Source of the DNA: Candidatus Multivorans sp.
Lineage (GTDB): Bacteria > Acidobacteriota > Thermoanaerobaculia > Multivoradales > Multivoraceae
Direction of reading: 5' to 3'
NCBI GenBank assembly: GCA_965247095.1
Contig: OZ251997.1
Coordinates: forward strand, 4,064,001-4,128,000
DNA: 64,000 nucleotides
Part shown: positions 25,601 through 34,372 of the stretch, piece by piece
Layout: every line of letters begins with the position of its first letter
How positions within the stretch are numbered: position 1 is the stretch's first letter
Translations under genes and position numbers: made by a program
Notes under the pieces: model-generated
What the model was told of the DNA's origin: nothing
What the model saw: the letters and a program-made list of their open reading frames with translations, nothing else
Database searches by the model: none

Positions 25601-26136
25601 TCGAGGTCCACCGTGACTTTCGCCACCTTCCCGGCCTCGACTGTGAAGAGGGTCGTGGCCGGCCGGTAGCCCGGTCGGGCGGCTTGCAGCAAGTAGCCGC
25701 CGGCAACCAGCGGCGCAGGTGCGGACACTTCCACCTGTCCCAGGGCGGTGTAGACGGCACTGGTCGGGGTGGGGAGTGAGCTTCGGGAGAGAAGGGCGAC
25801 TGCTGCGAGTTTTGCGGGTTCGTCCGGCTCGGATCCGGGCGGCGCTATCCCCCATAGCACGTCGCCGAGGGCTTCCAGGCTTCCCATTCGCAGCGTCGCG
25901 TCGGCCGGCGAGACGGAGAAGGTCGCCAGACCGGGGACCTCCGGCGGGCGATCTTCACCCTGCAGGTCCTGCGCCGCCAGGTCCTGCGGTGTCGGCTGCG
26001 CAAGGGCCGCGGCGACGCCAAGGAATGAGACTGCGGCCAGCCAGGCAACCCGGCTCGACCGCGGTCCGGCGGCCGGATCGGCCGACCCACTGCAGTTCTC
26101 GCGGGCCCTTCGCGTCCGCAGGTTCGACCGCGGCAC
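22654..26136 (-). CDS. Secreted PEGA + PDZ + Ig-like + VWA fusion protein (paralog 2)
   Basis: PEGA/PDZ module ending ARARLHA, then beta-rich Ig-like regions and a VWA domain with MIDAS DTSASM, TSLHDAL, LSDGED, ELRSQYLLAY, RTISGYY. Confidence 0.82.
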   Translation of the reverse strand: MPRSNLRTRRARENCSGSADPAAGPRSSRVAWLAAVSFLGVAAALAQPTPQDLAAQDLQGEDRPPEVPGLATFSVSPADATLRMGSLEALGDVLWGIAPPGSEPDEPAKLAAVALLSRSSLPTPTSAVYTALGQVEVSAPAPLVAGGYLLQAARPGYRPATTLFTVEAGKVAKVTVDLERTSTVLRLRTDPSDARISIDGIERGRTVGPAERPRGRQSDAAQDSREFWIAGIPSGQFELEVARPGFRTYEATLQLPELRDYVLPAIALERELAAIGFPRLPTDTVVTANGLPVQPDYLKTPPEVHLPPGRYDLTVTQGTSGYFETSVLAKDRRRVDVEVDLRPALAFLGVLDSEPAATTAVHAGLDAFREEGSYTVVSRARTGATVFRESGIDGSALRRWSDSAEQEVDWAAFRARVENALPAALYLAAVGAPAFRPTAAEGGQVPSNEQDADQVHLWWWAAAPGPSRPDVRTVPIQDGRLDPDALTRLVRALRPETARRTPSTGATVIDSLAFDGPVVAAVEPGSPAAQAGLEAGMEIASLRTTPDVEQDDWSAAVAALRPNDILEVWVESENGAPAAHRIEPTWGWTTQDPFHPELLTSAAAAHLTRELKRSGDIPRWLLELDLASILLARGDVEEAVRRLRMIEAPRRGGLGHDTVQYLIALGLTELAEQQRPEYRDQATVAFRDLEFAERSRLRSDDGPSIAARARLHAKTSLALIPPDNEIVVGEYRAEVLTTGGDIVAVRFLVDGKVQTTQAGPQSWATLRLAKYPTQQVVRVEGLGADGKVLASDELVLNQQRGDLRVRVEEPPAGIDVSGAVQARASVVVPKDRTIGSVEFRVGEEVQAVLQRPPWQTEIEVPAAAGDATLVYLTVTAILDDGSSAEEVRILSSAAVIEHVEVDLVELYITVVDQGNRPITGLTDTAFAVFEDGNRQQIARFELVEDLPLTIGVAIDTSASMEDVLDEARSAAAQFLTNLIRPTDSSFAVAFASRPHLLTGRTSDVRAVVDTLRGLRAGGSTSLHDALMTGLYYFRGVRGRRAMILLSDGEDTSSTAQYADVLEYARQSEVVIYTIGLGVGRTEEFLRQKLEEIAQATGGRAFFIAAAKDLKPVYRQIERELRSQYLLAYTSNKEGPGEAFRQVEVRVGGGYRARTISGYYP

Positions 26137-26140
26137 GGGT

Positions 26141-27508
26141 CTACTCGACGACCAGCACGGTTTCCATGCGGCCCTCGGCGATGAAGACCCGTCCCATTCC
26201 GTCGACCGCGATGTCGTTGGGCGCTCGTAGTTCGATGCCGCCGGGGAGGTATGGACCCAGGGCGCCGACCTCGGCTCCGTCCTGGCTGTAGACGAGAATC
26301 CGGCGGGTGCCGCCGTCCAGCACGTAGCTGTTACCGAACGGGTCGACGGCCAGAGCCAGCGGGCGTTCCCAGTTGCCGCTGAGCGTTTGCAGGATTTGCC
26401 AGTTTTCGTCGAACGACAGCAGGACCGGGGGCGAGGAACGCGAGCCTGCGTCCAGGACGTGTACGGCGCCCCTTGGACCGGCCGCCATGTCGACGGGTCG
26501 GGTCAGGGTGGAAGCGCTGAAGTCCAGCAGTCGACCGTCGGCGCGGTAGCGCAGGACGACATCCATGCGACGGGAGAGCACCGTCCAGTCGCCGAAGGGA
26601 CCTCGGTGGACGGCGGCGATTTGATCCAGCTTGCCCCCCGATGGCCGCACGAAGGAGAAGGACCCGCCACCTTCGAGCGGAACCGCACTGGTTGGGGTCG
26701 TGACCAGTCCGTGCAGGCCACCCAGGGGTCCGGAAGGGCCGAGACTCGCTCCCACGACGCCCCGGAGTTCGCGCGTGGCCACCGTGTTGCCCTCCCGGTC
26801 CAGCAGCACGACGCGGTCGTTGTCGCCAACCAGCAGGTCGCCGCGGATGCCAGCCGCCACCGTGCGCGGCCTCTTCAGCTTCAGTTGCTCCGGCAGATAG
26901 TCACCGGAAAGATGGATGCGGGTTGTGGTCCAGGGAGAACGACCCGCCAGCGGTCTCAGGATGAGCCGGTGGATTCGGGTCATTCGCTCGAGGGCGATCC
27001 GGGCGACGTCGATGTCGTTGGCCGGGTCGGCCCGGTTTGGGTCGGCCAGCTCCAGCGCGCCTGCCCGGGCCAGCCGGAGATGCTCCGCCGCCAGTCGCCA
27101 GTCGCCGCCGGCCAGCACGAGCTCGGCCAACTCCAGGTGCGCCCTGGGAGTCCATTCGTTCGGGGCCTCGCGTTCCAGCACCTGCAGCAATTCGCCGGCG
27201 GCGGCGTTCGAGGAGCCGAGGCGGCGTCCCAGCGCTGCCGCTTCCACCAGGGCCCGGCTGCGGTCCGGGAATCCCGGATGGAGGTTCCGCGGATAGCGTC
27301 GACTCAGGTTCAGGAGTTCGGCCCGCGCGGCCTCGAGTTCCGCCGTGCTACTTGCGGCCCTGGCCGCGGCCAGCGCCGTCGTCGTCTCACCGTTGATTGA
27401 AGGCGGCCCCTGGGCGTGCGTCCATCCGCCCGCGAGCAGCAGGACCAGAGTCGCCGGAAAGAGGGGCGTTCGGGGCCGGTTGGGGCCGGAACCAGTCGCT
27501 GGAGTCAA
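26141..27508 (-). CDS. Secreted TPR + NHL-repeat beta-propeller protein (paralog B)
   Basis: NHL-like repeats PVDMAAGPRGAVHVLD, PLALAVDPFGNSYVLD, PNDIAVDGMGRVFIAE; N-terminal helical repeats. Start uncertain; TTG 27508 chosen to avoid overlapping the oxidase gene. Confidence 0.78.
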   Translation of the reverse strand: MTPATGSGPNRPRTPLFPATLVLLLAGGWTHAQGPPSINGETTTALAAARAASSTAELEAARAELLNLSRRYPRNLHPGFPDRSRALVEAAALGRRLGSSNAAAGELLQVLEREAPNEWTPRAHLELAELVLAGGDWRLAAEHLRLARAGALELADPNRADPANDIDVARIALERMTRIHRLILRPLAGRSPWTTTRIHLSGDYLPEQLKLKRPRTVAAGIRGDLLVGDNDRVVLLDREGNTVATRELRGVVGASLGPSGPLGGLHGLVTTPTSAVPLEGGGSFSFVRPSGGKLDQIAAVHRGPFGDWTVLSRRMDVVLRYRADGRLLDFSASTLTRPVDMAAGPRGAVHVLDAGSRSSPPVLLSFDENWQILQTLSGNWERPLALAVDPFGNSYVLDGGTRRILVYSQDGAEVGALGPYLPGGIELRAPNDIAVDGMGRVFIAEGRMETVLVVE

Positions 27509-27531
27509 GCGGGCGAAACTGTACCAGAGAG

Positions 27532-28662
27532 TCAGGTGTGAACTGGTGCGGGGGAGTCCAGACGGCTCGGCAGCATGTCGACCGGGATGGCGAATTGTGG
27601 GTCCGCGGGCCGGCCGAGGACCAGCGGCGCCATCATCCTGGCGGTGAGCGGGGCGAGCAGGATGCCGTTGCGGAAGTGTCCGGCGGCGATGTACAGGCGG
27701 TCGCTCAACTGGCCGACCAGGGGCCATCCGTCGGGCGTTCCCGGGCGAAGCCCGGCCCAGTGTTCGACCGGTTCGCGACCGCGTAGCGCTGGCAGCAGAT
27801 CGGCGGCCGCACTGGCCAGTCCGCTGCCGACATCTGCGCTCAGGCTGAGGTCAAAGCCGGTGTGCTCGACCGAGGCGCCGATCAGGAGGCGGTGACCGGC
27901 ACGTCGGACGGCATAGAAGGACGGGGTTCGGATGGCGCCGGTAAAGGGCCAGTCGACCCGGTCGAAGGCGATCATCTGGCCCTTGACGGGACGAATGGGC
28001 AGAGTCGGCAGACCGTGGATCGCCGGTGTCCAGGCGCCGCCGCAGATCACGACGGCGCCGGCGGCGCGCGCGAAACCGGCGCCCGCGGCAGAGACGCCGC
28101 CCGGTTCCTCCGTCACGCTCTCGACCTTGGCCCGGTGGAGGGTCACGCCCTGCCGGCGCAGGGCTGTCGCGGCTGCGGCAGTGGCAAGGCGGTTGTCGAC
28201 GCGGTGCTCGCCCGGCAGCAGCAGCGCAGCCTCGATTCCGGGACGAAGGTCCGGCACCAACAGGAGCAGTTCGGCGCGGTCGAGCTCCGCGGTCGGCTCG
28301 CCGAGGTCTATGGCCTGTGTCCGGATCCCCTTCAGCACCTTGCGGCCTGTCTCGTCGAGGACCGGCAGGATGGCGCCCGTGTTGTCGTAGTCGATCGAGG
28401 TCTCGCTCTCGTGTTCGAGGGCCGGCGCCAGCTCGATCCAGAGGTCGCGCGATTTGAGGGCCATCTTCGCGAAGGCCGCATCGGTGCTGCTCTCCGCGAT
28501 CGGGGCGATCATCCCGGCCGCGTTGGGCGAGGCGGCGCCCGCGCGGCGGTCGTCCGCGACCTCGACCCGGGCGCCGTGGCGGATCAACTCGCGCGCGATC
28601 AACAGGCCGATCAGGCCGCCGCCGACAACCAGGACGTCGGGCCGCGGCCCACCGGGAGGCAT
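27532..28662 (-). CDS. FAD-dependent glycine/D-amino-acid oxidase (ThiO-like)
   Basis: VVGGGLIG, AAGMIAP, PVKGQ, WAGLRP, GHFRNGILLAP. Confidence 0.88.
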   Translation of the reverse strand: MPPGGPRPDVLVVGGGLIGLLIARELIRHGARVEVADDRRAGAASPNAAGMIAPIAESSTDAAFAKMALKSRDLWIELAPALEHESETSIDYDNTGAILPVLDETGRKVLKGIRTQAIDLGEPTAELDRAELLLLVPDLRPGIEAALLLPGEHRVDNRLATAAAATALRRQGVTLHRAKVESVTEEPGGVSAAGAGFARAAGAVVICGGAWTPAIHGLPTLPIRPVKGQMIAFDRVDWPFTGAIRTPSFYAVRRAGHRLLIGASVEHTGFDLSLSADVGSGLASAAADLLPALRGREPVEHWAGLRPGTPDGWPLVGQLSDRLYIAAGHFRNGILLAPLTARMMAPLVLGRPADPQFAIPVDMLPSRLDSPAPVHT

Positions 28663-31055
28663 CAGTTGTCCGCCAGGGCGTCGGCCTGCAGGCGCGCTCG
28701 CGGCGCGACTCGCGGCCCGGCGTCGGACCCGAGCCGCCCGCGCTCCGCCGTGGCGAGGGTCTCGAAGACAGCCCTGGCGCGTGCCCGGTACTCGTCCCGG
28801 CCCTCGTCGCTAAGCATCTGCAGGGCGAGGCCGACTGTGTACTCCACCGTCTCACGGCCCAGTCCGCTGCGACCGGGAGCGTCGATCGTCCGCAGGCTGC
28901 GGATGGCCTCGGCAGCGTCCCCGCCCGCGAGGAGCAGGTTGGCGAGATTGAACTCGAGCAGCCAGCGCGGGATGTCGCCGCTTCGCTCCAGTTCCTGGAG
29001 CAGCCGGGCGGCGGCGGCGGACGGCAGCAGGTCGGGGTCGAAGACGTCGAGCCCCGTCCACCCCCACTCCGGCTCGACGGTCAACACGAAGACGGTGTCC
29101 CGATCCTGGATCTCGAGTTCGACCGCGCCGCCGGGTTCCAGGTCCTCGAGAGCCGCGGTCAACTGAAGGGTCGAGGAAGCGGCCGTGCCGTCGATGGCGA
29201 GGACTTCCATTGCGGGCCGGAGCCCCGCCTCCTCCGCGGGTCCGCCGGGTTCGACCGTGGCCACGATGGGCACGCCCGCAGTCAGAGAATCGATCAGAAC
29301 GGCGCCGAACCGCGGCGTCTGGCGGCCCAGGTCCGGATCGAGCGCTCCGGCGAGACTCAAGAGCGGCCCGTCCTCGAGGCGGCCGCTATCGATCCGCACG
29401 GTCCGCACGTCGGGCCGCGCCGGCCCAGGGGCGGCCGGCCACCACCACAGATCGACCGCATCGGCGACCAGGTCGTCGTTCAGGACGGCGGCGAAGTAGA
29501 GCGCTGCCGGCAGCCTGGCCTGGACCTGCTCCTGGATCGCGTTCCAGTCCAGTTCCCGGCGGGCGGTTGCCCGCTCGCGCAGCGTCTCCGCATCGACTCC
29601 CAGCTCTGCGAGTGCCGCGATCCCTTCGGCGGCGCGTCCGAGGACGCTGTATGCGCCGGCGCCGCGGAACGACTCAAGGGCCGATTCCATGGCCCGAACG
29701 CCGGCCGGGTCGTCGCCCAGCACGCCGAGGTAGATGAGCGCGGGGCGGAGTTCGATCTCGATGTCGATCCGGCGCCGATCCGCAGCGACCACGGAGGTCT
29801 CGAAGTAGCCCAGGGTGCCGTGGGTCACCGAGAGGTCGTAGGCGCCGGGAGGCAGGCGCACCTGGGGCGGCGACTTCGACCAGTCGGGGCGCAGGACCCG
29901 GCCATTGCCGAGGACGGTCGCGCCTTCGATCAGGCCGGTCAGTCCGATGACCGCTTCCTCCCGCTCGAGAACGATCGGCGGCAGGTCGTAGTCGCGCAGA
30001 TCAGGCAGTTGCAGGCTGGTCTCGACGCTGCGGAAGCCGTCCTTCTCGATCTTGATCCGGTAGCGGCCGGGGGATAGGTCCTCAATCCAGAGTTCCTCCG
30101 AGAAGTCCTCGGGCGGATGCTCCGAAACCGGGCCCTCCGGCCTGAACCAGGGCTCCGCCTGGCCGGCCGTTCGCCCGCGCTCGATGCCGTCGACCAGCAC
30201 CGTGGCGCCGGTCGGTGCGGTGCGCAACCGGACGACGGCGCTGTCGCGGTCCAGCTCGACCTCGACTTCGAGGTCTCGCGCGCCCACGATCGTGAAGGCG
30301 GCGGTGGTGGGCAGGAAGCCCGGGCGGGACACGGCGGCCAGGTAGTCGCCGACCAGCAGGGGACTGGGCTCGGGAGGCTCGACCGGTTCGGGCGCCGGCG
30401 CCGTCTCGACGTCCGGGTCGGAGGCCGTGGAGTCGTCGGCGTCATCGGCGGGAGGAGTCTCCGGCGGCGTCGCGTTCTCGAACTCCACGCCACCGACCAG
30501 AATGCGGGCGTCCCGCGGCAGCACCAGGAAGGAGACGCGGCCCACCAGTTCTTCCTTCCGGCCCTTCAGCCGGTCGGTCAACTGCTTGCCGGCGGTCTCC
30601 TCGTCCAGCTCGAACAGGGGATCGAGGCGGACGATCCGGTCGAGCGCCTCGTCGGCGGCGTCCCGGTCGCTGAGCGTCCAATGGGCGGCGGCCAGGTAGA
30701 GCCACGCGGTGCGCAGGGTCTCGAACAGGCGTGGGTCGTTGCCGGCGAGTTCTCGTGCATCGCCGGTCGCCGCGGCGACCGGCGCCAGAGTCTCGATCAC
30801 GCTCTGCAGGAGCGGGATCGCCCCCTCGGAGTCGCCATCCGCGTAGAGATCGCCGGCCTCGGCCAGTGCGGCCGCCGCCTGCGGCGGCAGCCGGCTCGAG
30901 TGCTCGATCTCGAGATCGCTGCGGCCGATCTCCTGGACACCAAAACGCTGCGCGGCGAGGGGGCCGGAGAGGCCGAGGAGCGCCGGCAGGATGGCCGCGG
31001 CCAGGGCGGCCCTTCGGGGTCGCCCCTTGGTGGTGAGCTTGTGGCGCGTTCCCAT
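28662..31055 (-). CDS. Secreted TPR + PEGA + PDZ protein (paralog 1)
   Basis: Start MGTRHK at 31055 just after the NHL gene stop; signal peptide, N-terminal TPR-like helices, acidic Pro-rich linker, PEGA repeats, PDZ (VEPGGPAEEAGL). Confidence 0.8.
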   Translation of the reverse strand: MGTRHKLTTKGRPRRAALAAAILPALLGLSGPLAAQRFGVQEIGRSDLEIEHSSRLPPQAAAALAEAGDLYADGDSEGAIPLLQSVIETLAPVAAATGDARELAGNDPRLFETLRTAWLYLAAAHWTLSDRDAADEALDRIVRLDPLFELDEETAGKQLTDRLKGRKEELVGRVSFLVLPRDARILVGGVEFENATPPETPPADDADDSTASDPDVETAPAPEPVEPPEPSPLLVGDYLAAVSRPGFLPTTAAFTIVGARDLEVEVELDRDSAVVRLRTAPTGATVLVDGIERGRTAGQAEPWFRPEGPVSEHPPEDFSEELWIEDLSPGRYRIKIEKDGFRSVETSLQLPDLRDYDLPPIVLEREEAVIGLTGLIEGATVLGNGRVLRPDWSKSPPQVRLPPGAYDLSVTHGTLGYFETSVVAADRRRIDIEIELRPALIYLGVLGDDPAGVRAMESALESFRGAGAYSVLGRAAEGIAALAELGVDAETLRERATARRELDWNAIQEQVQARLPAALYFAAVLNDDLVADAVDLWWWPAAPGPARPDVRTVRIDSGRLEDGPLLSLAGALDPDLGRQTPRFGAVLIDSLTAGVPIVATVEPGGPAEEAGLRPAMEVLAIDGTAASSTLQLTAALEDLEPGGAVELEIQDRDTVFVLTVEPEWGWTGLDVFDPDLLPSAAAARLLQELERSGDIPRWLLEFNLANLLLAGGDAAEAIRSLRTIDAPGRSGLGRETVEYTVGLALQMLSDEGRDEYRARARAVFETLATAERGRLGSDAGPRVAPRARLQADALADN

Positions 31056-31057
31056 TG

Positions 31058-32482
31058 CTACTCCACGACCAGGACGGTGCCGAGCCGGCTGTCGGCGATG
31101 AAGATGCGGGCCCGGGCGTCGACCGCGATGTCCTCCGGCGCCCGCAGCTCCTGGGCGCTCGGGAGGATGGGTCCGATGGTGGCGATGGGTGCGGCAAACG
31201 GGTCGTAGACCAGGACCTGGAGCTTTCCTGTGTCGAGCACGTAGCGGTTGCCGAACGGGTCGACATCGATTGCTGTGGGCCGCTTCCATTCGGCGCGGAA
31301 GGACTCCTGGAACCTGCCGTCGGCGCCGAAGCGGAGCACCGAGGGGGCTTGCGAGCGGGAACCTGCGTCCAGGACGTGGATGGCGCCGTCTTCGCCTACG
31401 GCGAGGTCGATGGGCTCGGTCATCGAGCCCACCCGCAGGGTTTCGAGCGGGCGGCCGTCCGGGCCGTAGCGGAGCACTTCGGCGGCGCGGCGCGAGAGCA
31501 CGGTCCAGTTGCCGAAGTCGTCCCGGTGGGCGGCGACAATCCGGTCGAGAGCGCCGCCCTGGGGGCGGGTGAAGGACACAGTCGCAAGATCCTGGAGCTG
31601 GGTCACTCCGTCGGCTGTGATCACGGCGGCGCCGCCGCGGGAAGTCTGGCTGGGCCGGACGATCCCCCGAAGGTCGCGGGCCGAGGACGCCGTCCCGCGG
31701 GCATCGAGAATCGCCGCCCGGTTCGTGTCGGTGACCAGGAGTTCGCCGTCCGGTCCGGCGGCGACTCCACGGGGCTTCTCGATTCCGACCTGCTCGGGCA
31801 GGTAGGGCCGGGAACGGCGCCAGGGCTCCTGCCCGGCGAGCGGCCGCAGGATCAGGCGGTGAATCAGGGTCATTCGCTCGAGTGCGGCATCGGCGAGGTC
31901 GGTCACAGGTTCCGCACCGGCGGCGGCGCGGCGAAGCCAGCCTTCCCGTGCCAGCCGTAGATGGTTGACTGCTCCCTGCCAGTCGCCCCGCATGAGCAGC
32001 AGTTCGCCGAGTTCGAAGTGGGCCCGCGGCGTCCACTCGCTTTCGGCCTCACGCTCCAGCACCCGCAGCAGCTCGCCGCCGGCTTCCGCCGTATCGCCGG
32101 TGCGCCGTCCCAGTGCGGCGGCCTCGACCAGGGCACGGCCGCGAATCGCCGATTGGGGGTGTTCGCTCTGCGGGAAGCGCCGGCTCAGCGCCAGCAACTG
32201 CCGGCGCGCCTCGACGAGGTCGTCGGCGCTGCGGGCGGTCTGCACGGTGGCGAGAACCGCGTCCACGGCCGCGGCCGCCTCCTGCTCGGCCGCATCGTGC
32301 TGGGCCGGCAGCGCCGCGGCGACGAAGACAACGCCGAGGCCGAGGCCGCGGCGGAGACTCCGGCCGCGGCGGGGGAGGCAGACCAACCCGCTCGGCACCC
32401 AGCCGGTCGGGCGGCTACGCGTCGAGTTGCTCGTTGAGCCGCTCGTCACTGATCTGTTGGGCGCTTGGCGAGAGAGGGGCAT
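31058..32482 (-). CDS. Secreted TPR + NHL-repeat beta-propeller protein (paralog A)
   Basis: PRGVAAGPDGELLVTD, PIDLAVGEDGAIHVLD, PTAIDVDPFGNRYVLD, PEDIAVDARARIFIAD; exact start uncertain. Confidence 0.8.
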   Translation of the reverse strand: MPLSRQAPNRSVTSGSTSNSTRSRPTGWVPSGLVCLPRRGRSLRRGLGLGVVFVAAALPAQHDAAEQEAAAAVDAVLATVQTARSADDLVEARRQLLALSRRFPQSEHPQSAIRGRALVEAAALGRRTGDTAEAGGELLRVLEREAESEWTPRAHFELGELLLMRGDWQGAVNHLRLAREGWLRRAAAGAEPVTDLADAALERMTLIHRLILRPLAGQEPWRRSRPYLPEQVGIEKPRGVAAGPDGELLVTDTNRAAILDARGTASSARDLRGIVRPSQTSRGGAAVITADGVTQLQDLATVSFTRPQGGALDRIVAAHRDDFGNWTVLSRRAAEVLRYGPDGRPLETLRVGSMTEPIDLAVGEDGAIHVLDAGSRSQAPSVLRFGADGRFQESFRAEWKRPTAIDVDPFGNRYVLDTGKLQVLVYDPFAAPIATIGPILPSAQELRAPEDIAVDARARIFIADSRLGTVLVVE

Positions 32483-34244
32483 GGGTGAGGATCAGGTTGG
32501 CGCGCGCAATCGCCTTCGTCGCGTCGCCGAGATCCTGGTAGGTGAGCATCTCCTTGTAGAGCGAATCCGCGAGTCTGTTCAACTGCCCTTCGACCTCGCC
32601 TGCGTAGGGGCCGTCCGGGAAGCGCTCGAGATACTCCGATCCGCTCGTGATGTCGTCGTAGTCGCCGACCAGTTTGTTCAGCCGATCCTCCGCCAACTGG
32701 CCGAGTTCGGGGTCACGTTGCTGGAGCGCCAGGTGCTGGAGCGAGCCGAGGCGGGTGAGCACCGGCGCCAGGTTGCGGAGCCCGCGCTGTGCCGCGGCTG
32801 CCGGGCTGTCGCCGTCCTCCTGGATGTCGCCGGCCGGTGCCGATTCCCAGGCTTTGAGGAAGTGCTCCACCGCGTCCGTCTCGCGGCCGAGCCGGCTGTA
32901 GGAGATACCCAGGAGCAGCGCCACCTTCGGCGTCCGCGGGGAGTCGGGATAGTTCGAGAGGAAGGCTTCGAGGAAGGGAGTCTCGAACACGCCCCGGTCG
33001 AGGATCTTGATCGACTGGCCGTAGAACTCCTCCGACTGGCGGCGGAGATCGGCCAACTCGTTGCTGAGCACCGCCAGGAAGGGCGAGTCGGGGGTCAGAG
33101 AGCGCACGTTCTCCATCTGCCGGCGGTAGGCGGCGGTGATCCTGCCGTAGTCCCGGGAGGTGGTCAGCCGTTCGAGCTCCGCGTCTCGAAACCTGTGCAG
33201 GGTCTCAAGCCGCAACGACTCTGCGGCGGCGCCGGCGGGCCACGCGCCGAGCGCCAGGGCTTTCAGAAGATCGAGTTCGGGCGACGGTGGCGGCGGTTCC
33301 TGCGGGCGGCGGTGGGGCCGCTCCTTCCGTTCGCGCCGTTCGCGCTCCCCGAACTCGAGCAGAATGTTCTGCGTCGTGGTGCGGTACGCATCGACTTCTT
33401 CGGCGGGCGCCGGCGCCAGGGTCGCCAGGTAGCGGCCGCGGGCTTCGGCGGCGTGGACGCGCGAGTCGAAGAAGGGGTGGGTCTGCCAGTAGCCGAGGAG
33501 GTTCGACTGCGAGATGCGTTCGCTCATCCTGGCCATCAACTGCGCCAGCCCTTTCGGGTCGAAGCCGGCGGCGGCCGCATAGCGCTGCCCCTCCTCGTCG
33601 CTCTGGTCCTCGTGCTCGCGCGAGTAGCTGCGCAAGAGCAGTTCGGTGAGCACCATGCCGCCGGTAAGAGCCGCCTGGGCGGCAGCGGCGGTGGACCCCT
33701 GGTCGCGCGTATAGCCGTAGGGGCCGATGTAGCCGTCGTCCCGGTCGGCCGCGCTGGCCGCGATCAGGCCCACGGAGAGCAGCGAACTCGCCACGTTGAG
33801 CCAGGTCGCGCGCTTCTTCTGCTTCAGGAAGTGCTCGGAGGTGACGTGCGCGATCTCGTGGCCGAGCAGCACGGCCAGCATGTCATCCGAGAGCCCCAGG
33901 TCGAGCATGCCCCGGGTGATGAAGATCTGCCCGGCGGGCAGGGCGAAGGCATTGGGAAGCGCCGTGTCGACGACGGCGAAGGTGAAGGGGTAGCGGTCGA
34001 AGTCGGAGTGATAGGCGACCTGGTAGCCGATTCGGTTGACCCGCTCCTGTGCCTCGGGGTCGTCGAGCAGCCCGTACTGCTTCACCGCCTGAGCGGCCGC
34101 GGCCAGACTCTTCTGGAACAGTGCGGGGTTCGAGATCTCGACGCCGGGCGCGGCTGTTGCGCTCACGAGACACCAGACCAGGGCGACGGCGGTTGCGGAC
34201 CGCGCGGATGCCCTGCCGCGGGATGTTGGGTGGGCTGTGATCAT
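32415..34244 (-). CDS. M48-family zinc metalloprotease with C-terminal TPR-like repeats (BepA-like)
   Basis: PNAFALPAGQIFITRG, GHEIAH (HExxH), YSREHEDQSD, THP; signal peptide from ATG 34244. Confidence 0.88.
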   Translation of the reverse strand: MITAHPTSRGRASARSATAVALVWCLVSATAAPGVEISNPALFQKSLAAAAQAVKQYGLLDDPEAQERVNRIGYQVAYHSDFDRYPFTFAVVDTALPNAFALPAGQIFITRGMLDLGLSDDMLAVLLGHEIAHVTSEHFLKQKKRATWLNVASSLLSVGLIAASAADRDDGYIGPYGYTRDQGSTAAAAQAALTGGMVLTELLLRSYSREHEDQSDEEGQRYAAAAGFDPKGLAQLMARMSERISQSNLLGYWQTHPFFDSRVHAAEARGRYLATLAPAPAEEVDAYRTTTQNILLEFGERERRERKERPHRRPQEPPPPSPELDLLKALALGAWPAGAAAESLRLETLHRFRDAELERLTTSRDYGRITAAYRRQMENVRSLTPDSPFLAVLSNELADLRRQSEEFYGQSIKILDRGVFETPFLEAFLSNYPDSPRTPKVALLLGISYSRLGRETDAVEHFLKAWESAPAGDIQEDGDSPAAAAQRGLRNLAPVLTRLGSLQHLALQQRDPELGQLAEDRLNKLVGDYDDITSGSEYLERFPDGPYAGEVEGQLNRLADSLYKEMLTYQDLGDATKAIARANLILTHAPLSPSAQQISDERLNEQLDA

Positions 34245-34372
34245 GGGTGAGGGAACGGTGGCCTGCTCTCGGGAGATTCCAGGCTCATTGGAGGATGCAC
34301 GCTCATATGAGCGTGCGTCGCAGGAAGATCGGCGTAACCCATGTTCTGCTGCGCACGCTCTAGGATAGCGCC

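Noticed and set aside
31056-32036. N-terminal extension making a 1124 aa protein (28662..32036)
   Set aside because: The extension overlaps the NHL gene in another frame and is low-complexity; the signal peptide follows ATG 31055.
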